From Candidatus Eiseniibacteriota bacterium (GTDB lineage Bacteria; Eisenbacteria; RBG-16-71-46): a DNA stretch of 13,489 nt. The notes under the pieces were generated by a model that saw only the letters and a list, made by a program, of their open reading frames with translations, ran no database searches and was not told the origin of the DNA. The stretch's first letter is position 1, and the number at the start of each line of letters is the position of its first letter. Below are positions 1-6,900 of this stretch, piece by piece. The stretch spans positions 1 through 13,489 of the forward strand of contig JANLOX010000403.1 of assembly GCA_031366795.1 (NCBI GenBank). The letters run 5' to 3'. Both the position numbers and the translations under genes were made by a program.

Positions 1-273
1 GTCTTCCTTCACTTCGTGCACCGGCATGCGCGAATGCTTGCCCAGCAATGCCCCCAGCCCGCTCTCGTGTTTGGGATCGAGGTGCTGAACCAGCACGAAC
101 GCCATCCCCGTATCCGATGGCAGGTGGGACAGCAGGGTGCTGAAGGATTCGAGCCCTCCGGCCGAAGCCCCAACACCTACCACCGGAAAAAGACGGGCAC
201 TCTCGGGGGCAATACCGACTTCATCGCCGGACTCTTCGGGAAGCAAGTCTTGAGGTGAGGTCGGATCAGCCAC
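1..273 (-). CDS. CheB-type methylesterase domain protein, N-terminal part (probably CheB/CheR fusion); truncated by the window edge
   Basis: Manual translation of the minus strand (codons ending at base 1) gives ...LFPVVGVGASAGGLESFSTLLSHLPSDTGMAFVLVQHLDPKHESGLGALLGKHSRMPVHEVKED. It has the CheB catalytic Ser motif GASAGG (171-154) and the catalytic His in VQH (90-82). The frame is closed upstream by TGA at 423-421, leaving no room for a ~120-aa receiver domain. The start is uncertain: GTG 273 chosen, GTG 360 possible. Confidence 0.9.
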   Translation of the reverse strand, partial: MADPTSPQDLLPEESGDEVGIAPESARLFPVVGVGASAGGLESFSTLLSHLPSDTGMAFVLVQHLDPKHESGLGALLGKHSRMPVHEVKED

Positions 274-614
274 GTGGCGCTTGGTCGCTTTCTGGCTCCT
301 CGGCTCCTGCTGCCAAGCAGGCGGGACGGGAGAGCAGGGAAGGGAATGTCCTGAGTCCACCCGTACGCGGCGCGACGGGCAGTTGTTCGGGCGGGGGCAT
401 GCCCCTCGCACCGGACACCTTCACCATTCGCATCTTCCATGCCGCTGGGAACGCGGGGCCGCGCCGCAATCCCGCGTATGGCGCGGTTGTTGCCTGATCG
501 CAGGCCATGCAACTCCAGTGCGTGCGCCCTTGAGCGCGCAGGCCGCGCACGACCTGTGGTCGGCACACTTCCACCGCGGGTGCGTTTGGCCACTCTTACG
601 ATCACTTTGTAACA

Positions 615-1409
615 ATGACTCCCGATCAGGAGCTTCGCTTGCGGGTCCGATCTGTCTCCATTTCCGGCTACGCGTTCCTGGCTGCATGCGTGTTCGCGAC
701 CCTCATCGGCATCGCCCCGGCCAGGATCACCTTCGCGGCCTCCGCAACGTTGCCGCCGGGCTTCGCCAATGTTCAGGTCGCCGGGGCGTTGGACGAACCC
801 GTGGGCTCGCGCTGGTTCCGGATGCCTCGCCGCTGCCGGCCCGCGTGCTGTTCGTCGAACAGCGCACTGCGCGCGTGCGCATGACCCTGGGCGAAGAAGT
901 GGTCACCACGTTTTGATCCGCAATCTCCCGGACGTCGTGGCACCCATCGCAAGTTACAACCACACCGATGGCGTCGTGGTCATCAGCGGCGGAGTGTACC
1001 GTCGCCCCGCGAGCGGCAATGTGCGATGCCCGCTCGAGTATGCTGGCAACTATTTCTTCCTCGACCACTACTCGGGATTCATGCGCCGGTCGACCGGAAG
1101 CGGTAATGCGTGGACGGCCGCGACCGCGGTGCCGGGGCAGCCGAGCGCGACCGACTGGGCGAGTGGCATGGAGAACGTCTCGAACATACTCGCCATGCCG
1201 GATGGTTCGCTGCTTTACGTCCGGCAGTCGGAGAACCCCGTCGCGCTCACGGCGGAGATCCGCGGCATCGCCGTTCTCGCCGCGGGATCGCATGGCGCTC
1301 ATGGGATGGCAACGATGCGAACGGCACCCCCGTCGCGGCGGGCCTCCACTTCGCGCAACTCGAAGTCCTGGGGCAAGTCGGCAGCACTCGCATCCTGCTT
1401 TTACGCTGA
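615..1409 (+). pseudogene. Degraded secreted PQQ-dependent glucose/sorbosone dehydrogenase-like beta-propeller protein with C-terminal FlgD-Ig-like domain
   Basis: Four consecutive pieces join into one protein. 615-805: signal-peptide-like hydrophobic stretch plus ATLPPGFANVQVAGALDEPVG. 806-~910, next frame: LALVPD...RVLFVEQRTARVR. ~910-1298, third frame: LPDV/APIASYNH..VVISGGVYR..EYAGNYFFLDHYSGFMRR..PDGSLLYV..EIRGI. 1299-1409, back in the first frame: WDGNDANGTPVAAGLHFAQLEVLGQVGSTRILLLR*. The family assignment is by motif recognition, not by a search. Confidence 0.75.
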
Positions 1410-1424
1410 CGGCACCTTGACACC

Positions 1425-3338
1425 ATGTCCTCCGTGAAGCACCTCACGTCCGGCTCCGCGACCACCCCCACGCGCGAACGGGGATCGATCGCAAGACTAT
1501 GGCGTTGGAAGGCGCTCAGCATTTCCGTGCTTGCGCTGGCCGCGATCGCGGCGCACCTGGTGATGCGTTTCGGGTTCCACGCCTCGTCCCAGACCGCAGA
1601 CCTGCCGTTGCTCGTGGGACTAGTGCTGGGCGGGATCCCGTATCTCTACGACCTGTTGCGCAATCTGCTGCGACGCGAATTTGGATCCGACCTGCTGGCC
1701 GGTGTTTCGATCGTCACTTCGGTGCTGCTCGGTGAATACCTCGCCGGCACCATCGTCGTCTTGATGCTCGCGGGCGGGGAGGCGCTCGAGAACTATGCCC
1801 TGCGCAGCGCCTCATCGGTGCTGGCGGCGCTCGCGAAGCGCATGCCCTCGATCGCCCATGTCAAGCACGCGGCGGTGATTGCCGACATCGCTCTGCAGGA
1901 CATCACGGTGGGGGATGAGCTCGTGGTGTATCCGCATGAGACCTGCCCGGTCGATGGCGTGGTCATTGAAGGCCACGGCGCCATGGACGAATCGTACCTG
2001 ACGGGTGAGCCCTTCCAGATCAACAAGACCTCGGGCTCGACTGTCATCTCCGGCGCGATCAATGGGGAGGCGGCGCTGACCATCCGGGCCACCCAGCTCG
2101 CGGCCGACTCCCGCTATGCGAAGATCATGGAAGTGATGCGCGAGTCGGAGTCGCAGCGGCCGCAGTTGCGACGGCTGGGCGACCAGCTGGGCGCCATCTA
2201 CACGCCGTTGGCGCTCTCTGTCGCCGGCATTGCCTGGGTGCTCAGCAGCAACCCCACGCGCTTTCTCGCGGTGCTCGTCATCGCGACACCGTGTCCCTTG
2301 TTGATCGCCATTCCGGTCGCCATCATCGGTTCGATCTCGCTATGCGCACGGCGGGCCATCATCGTGAAGAGCTCCGTCGTGCTCGAGCAGATCACACGCT
2401 GCCGCACGGCGATCTTCGACAAGACCGGAACGCTGACTTACGGCGAGCCGGCACTCACCGAACAACAAGTGGCACGCGGCTTCAACGCGCCTGATGTGCT
2501 GACGCTGGTGGCCAGCCTCGAGCGCTATTCGAAGCACCCGCTGGCCCGCGCCATTCTCGATGCGGCGAAGCAGGCCGGACTGCCATTGCTTGAAGCGACG
2601 GAAGTCTCCGAACTGCCCGGACTGGGGCTGCGCGGAACCGTGTCGAGCCGTTCGCTCCAGGTCACGGGACGCTTAGCACTCGACGCCGCACAGGTCAGCG
2701 GGATCGTGCCGGCGGCCGCGGGTGCTGGCGGACTGGAGTGCGTTGTGGTCATCGACAAGCGCTTCGCGGCGGCGTTCCGCTTCCGCGACGCACCGCGTTC
2801 GGACAGCGCGTTGTTCGTGAAGCACCTGCGCCCCAAGCACCAGTTCACCCGGATGATGATCATGTCCGGCGACCGGGAAGTCGAAGTGCGGCACCTCGCG
2901 GAGCAGGTGGGCATTTCCGAGATCTATGCCGGCCAGAACCCCGAGGACAAGCTGGCACTGGTGCGCAAGGAGACCGCGCTGGCGAAAACGCTTTACGTGG
3001 GTGATGGCATCAACGACGCCCCGGCCATGATGGCCGCCACGGTCGGTATCGCGATCGGGCAGAACAGCGACGTCACCACCGAGGCGGCCGGCGTCGTGAT
3101 CATGGACAACTCACTCAAAAAGATCGATGAGTTCATGCACATCAGCCGCCGCATGCGCACCATCGCGCTCCAGAGCGCAGTGGGGGGGATGGTGGTCAGC
3201 ATCGCGGGAATGATCCTCGCGGCGACTGGCCACCTGACGCCGGTCGAAGGCGCCGTCGCCCAAGAGGTCATCGACGCGCTGGCGGTGTTGAATGCCCTGC
3301 GCACAGCACTCCCGCCTCGCGTGATGGCCGACTATTGA
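1425..3338 (+). CDS. Heavy-metal-translocating P1B-type ATPase, P1B-5-like
   Basis: 637-aa ORF with TGE actuator motif (LTGEP), intramembrane TPCP (2286-2297), phosphorylation motif DKTGTLT (from 2418), SKHP, GDGINDAP and QEVID in the last TM (3261-3275). The start codon is uncertain because there is no clear SD before ATG 1425. Confidence 0.95.
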   Translation: MSSVKHLTSGSATTPTRERGSIARLWRWKALSISVLALAAIAAHLVMRFGFHASSQTADLPLLVGLVLGGIPYLYDLLRNLLRREFGSDLLAGVSIVTSVLLGEYLAGTIVVLMLAGGEALENYALRSASSVLAALAKRMPSIAHVKHAAVIADIALQDITVGDELVVYPHETCPVDGVVIEGHGAMDESYLTGEPFQINKTSGSTVISGAINGEAALTIRATQLAADSRYAKIMEVMRESESQRPQLRRLGDQLGAIYTPLALSVAGIAWVLSSNPTRFLAVLVIATPCPLLIAIPVAIIGSISLCARRAIIVKSSVVLEQITRCRTAIFDKTGTLTYGEPALTEQQVARGFNAPDVLTLVASLERYSKHPLARAILDAAKQAGLPLLEATEVSELPGLGLRGTVSSRSLQVTGRLALDAAQVSGIVPAAAGAGGLECVVVIDKRFAAAFRFRDAPRSDSALFVKHLRPKHQFTRMMIMSGDREVEVRHLAEQVGISEIYAGQNPEDKLALVRKETALAKTLYVGDGINDAPAMMAATVGIAIGQNSDVTTEAAGVVIMDNSLKKIDEFMHISRRMRTIALQSAVGGMVVSIAGMILAATGHLTPVEGAVAQEVIDALAVLNALRTALPPRVMADY

Positions 3339-3345
3339 GCCGCGC

Positions 3346-3762
3346 TCAAGCCACGTTCAGGGACGCGTCCGAAGACTCGATCGCGCGCCGGTGCCGGCGG
3401 CCCGCCGCATTTACGCGCCCGAATGCGGCGCGTAAACCATGCAGGTACAACCACGTGCCGGGTGTGCAGAGCACCCCGAACGCGTCGATTTCCTCGAAGG
3501 CAGATATCAGATTGTCGCGCAGCGCGGACTCGGCATGATCGACATCCGCCATGGGGCCATCGGCGAGCCCACGTACCCGGCGTCGATAGCGGGCGACCAA
3601 GGTCTCGAAGGCGAGACGGTCGCGCGCACCGGCGAGCCGCACCAATTCGCCATCGCCATGGAACTTGTATCGCACGGTGCGAAACGCGGAACCCAACACG
3701 CTGCTGGCCCGCGCGCGGCGCAGCATGGGACTGCTTGTACTCTCGTGATGTCTTGCAATCAT
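3346..3762 (-). CDS. ECF sigma-factor-like protein, region 2 only (~138 aa); standalone sigma2 protein or truncated remnant
   Basis: The translation contains DGELVRLAGARDRLAFETLVARYRRRVRGLA...DVDHAESALRDNLISAFEEIDAF....PGTWLYLHGLRAAFGRV...RR. This follows the ECF region 1.2/2 pattern D.ELV...GD..AF..LV.RY...V...A....D.AED..Q..F..A...L..F.....F.TWLY.IA.N. Start ATG 3762 has GGGAAGG upstream on the minus strand; the ORF track extends the frame to 3960. Stop TGA at 3348-3346 comes before any region 4. Confidence 0.72.
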   Translation of the reverse strand: MIARHHESTSSPMLRRARASSVLGSAFRTVRYKFHGDGELVRLAGARDRLAFETLVARYRRRVRGLADGPMADVDHAESALRDNLISAFEEIDAFGVLCTPGTWLYLHGLRAAFGRVNAAGRRHRRAIESSDASLNVA

Positions 3763-3926
3763 TGTTGCATCGCCTTCCCGGGGCACGGTCACGAATGGCA
3801 TCCATTCGCGCGAACCGGCCGCCACGCCCCGAAGGAAGCGCATCAATCGTGCCATCGCCTGCCAGCACGCTGCGGTGTGCTGCAGTGGGAGCGGGCTCCG
3901 GCACACCGGTCCCCATTTGGTCATGC

Positions 3927-3935
3927 TGCTATGCT
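3927..3935 (+). promoter_or_regulatory. Candidate extended -10 promoter element (TGcTATGCT) for cgs
   Basis: TG-n-TATGCT matches the TGnTATAAT consensus at the key positions and lies 62 nt upstream of ATG 3998. No recognisable -35. Confidence 0.35.
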
Positions 3936-3997
3936 GAGTTCGTCGTGTGGCTCGGGCCACGGCCTTCCGACGCCACGCTCACGGAAAGAGGCCGGCA

Positions 3998-6900
3998 ATG
4001 AATGACGAGCGCATCGCCGCTGCGAACACCGCGGCCCCGCCGCGCGAAGGTCGCGCCCGGCTGATCGGCCTGCACTCGAGCGCGCTGCACGGCGAGCTGC
4101 TCGGTGTGGAACGCCTCGAGGAGCGGGCCAGGGCGCTGGCCGCCGGTTACACCCTGGCGCGGCACTCACACCGGGGTCCAGTACGTGTCCAGCGCCGCCT
4201 CGTGGACGACGCCCGCGCGCTCCGGCATGCCTATCGTGCCCTGGCCGCCGATGTGCGCGGGGGGCGGGCAACCACCCCAGCGGCCGAGTGGCTGCTCGAC
4301 AACTTCCACCTCGTCGAGGGCGAGGTGCGCGAGATCCGGCATCACTTGCCGAGCCGCTACTACCAGGAGTTGCCCAAGCTGGCGACACGCGAGCTGGCGG
4401 GAACCGCGCGCGTTTATGCCATGGCGGTGGAACTGTTGCGCTTCAGCGACGCTCGCCTCGATGCGCAACGGCTCAACCGGTTCGTGACCGCGTTCCAGTC
4501 GGTGGCGCCGCTGAGCATCGGCGAGCTGTGGGCGTGGCCGAGCATGTTGAAGCTCGCGCTGGTCGAACACCTGCGCCGTCTCGCGGATGAACTCCTCGAG
4601 AGCCGCGCAGGCAGGCTGCTCGCGGATCACTACTTCGCGCAGTTCGAGGGCGCGCCCTCGGACAGCCGGCCACCACCGCTGCCCGAGGTCATCGACGTGG
4701 CCTTCGTCGACCAGTTGCTGCAGCGCATGCGCGAGTACGGCGCGGGAGCCGCCGCCATACGCAGGCAGCTGGAGGACCGCATCGCCGCGGCGGGCGCCAC
4801 CGTCGAGGAGGCGGTGCGTGCCGAACACCAACGGCTGGCGATGAACCACCTGTCGATGGGCAACTCCATCACCAGCCTGCGCCTGTGCTCCTCGCTCGAA
4901 TGGAATGATTACGTCGAGGGCGTGAGCCAGATCGAACTCATTCTGCGGCGCGATCCCTCCGGCGTCTACAGCCGCATGGACTTCACCAGCCGCGACCGTT
5001 ACCGCCGCGCGGTCGAAGAGATCTCGGAGCCCACCGGCGAGGCGCAGGTGCGCTCCGCCCTGCGCGCCATCGAGAGCGCGCGGCAGGCCGCCGAACAGCA
5101 CGGGGTCGAAGCGCTCGCCGCCCACGTCGGAATGCACCTGCTCGGCAGTGGGAGACGCGAGCTCGAAAACGACGTGGCCTACCACCCGCCGTTCGCCCAG
5201 CGCCTCAGGCGCATGATGCTGGCGCGGGCGACGTTCTTCTATCTCGGCTCCATCGCGTGCTTGAGTGGCTCCGGTGTGGCTGCCGCGGTGGCCGTGGTCC
5301 GCGCGGCCGGCGGACCGCAGGCGATGGAGTGGTGGGCGGCAGTCCTCGCGCTGGTGCCCGCCAGCGAACTCGCCCTGGCGATTGTGAACCGTGTCGCACA
5401 CCGGATGGTGCGGCCGTCATCGCTGCCGCGACTCGACCTGCGCCGCGGCGTCCCAGAACCGGCGCGCACCATGGTGATCGTGCCAACGATGATCTCGTCC
5501 GTCGATGGCGCTCGGGCGCTGGCCGATCACCTCGAGGTGCAGGCGCTGGCGAACACGGATCCCTGCGTTCACTTCGCACTGCTCACCGACTTCCCCGATG
5601 CGACCGAGGCATCCCTGCCGGGCGAGGATGAGATCCTCGCCGCCGCGGTCGCCGGCATCGAGGCGCTCAACGAGCGCTATGCCCCGGACCGTCACGACCG
5701 CTTCTACCTGATGCACCGCTCGCGCCGCTGGAATGCGAGCGAGGGCGTATGGATGGGATGGGAGCGCAAGCGCGGCAAGATCGAGGAATTCAACCGTCTG
5801 CTCCGCGGTGCCCCCGATACCAGCTTCACCACCCAGGTGGGGGAGCCGTCGCTGCTGCAACACATCCGCTACTGCATCACGCTCGACAGCGACACGCGCT
5901 TGCCACGGGATGCCGCGCGCCGCCTGATCGGCGTGATCGAGCACCCGCTGAACCGTCCCCGCTTCGATGCCGCAGTGGGCCGTGTCGTCGCGGGCTACGG
6001 CATCCTGCAGCCGCGCGTGAGTGTCACCATGGCGAGTGCCGCCGGGTCGCTGTTCGCGCGCGCCTACTCGGGACACACCGGCGTCGATCCCTATTCAACT
6101 GCCGTCTCCGATAGCTACCAGGACTTGTTCGCCGAAGGCATCTTCGTCGGCAAGGGGCTGTACGATGTCGATGCCTTCAGCGCCGCCCTGGAGGGCCGTG
6201 TGCGCGAGAACGCCATGCTCTCGCACGACCTGTTCGAGGGACTGTTCGCACGCTGCGCACTCGTCTCCGATGTCGAGCTCGTCGACGACTTCCCCTCCAG
6301 CGTGATCGCCCATACACGGCGCCAGCACCGTTGGGTCCGCGGTGACTGGCAGATCCTCCTGCACATCCTGCCGATTCTCGTGACACGCCGGGGGATCGTC
6401 GCCAGCCACCTGCCGTTGATCAGCCGTTGGAAGATCTTCGACAACCTGCGCCGCAGCCTGCTGGCGCCGGCACTGCTGCTCATGCTGGCCTCGGCGTGGA
6501 CGTGGCTCCCGGGATCGGCGCTGGGCTGGACCCTCGCCATCCTCGCAGTGGTCGCCTTCCCGCTGCTGCCGCCGTTGATGCACTTGATCGGCGGACCGCG
6601 CCCGCAGCAGCCGGGCAGCGTGTTCCTGCACGACGTCTGGTCGGAGCTCGAGACCGCGGGCGCACAGGTGTCGCTGCAGATCACGTTGCTGCCGTACCAC
6701 GCCTTCGAAATGGTCCACGCGATCGCGCTGACGTTGGTGCGCATGGTGATCACGCAACGCAGGCTATTGGAATGGGAGACTGCCGCGACGACAGCCGCGC
6801 GAGCCGCGGGCTTGTTGGCGCGCCAGGGCCCGCGCGTGTTCGCCGCCGAGATGTGGGCGGGCCCCGCAGCGGGGTTGCTGGTGTTGTTCGGGCTGCTGCC

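Noticed and set aside
16..258. 80-aa plus-strand ORF
   Set aside because: It is the antisense shadow of the CheB-domain gene on the minus strand.
596..612. Imperfect inverted repeat TTACG-N7-TGTAA upstream of the pseudogene
   Set aside because: Too short and present only once, so it cannot be assigned to any regulator.
1417..1422. Perfect TTGACA hexamer before the ATPase
   Set aside because: It sits 2 nt before the ATG with no -10 element at 16-18 nt spacing, so it is likely chance.
3947..3997. Longer N-terminus of cgs given by the ORF track
   Set aside because: ATG 3998 has an SD-like GGAAAGAGG, and the extension would overlap the probable 5' UTR.
3423..4005. Plus-strand ORFs of 188-192 aa overlapping the cgs start
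   Set aside because: Arg/Gly/Pro-rich with no motifs. The minus-strand sigma2-like frame explains the region better.
4166..5401. 411-aa minus-strand ORF (also 5417-6076, 6095-6757, 6115-7053, 6914-8017)
   Set aside because: These lie antisense to cgs with no recognisable motifs. Long shadow ORFs are expected opposite GC-rich coding sequence.
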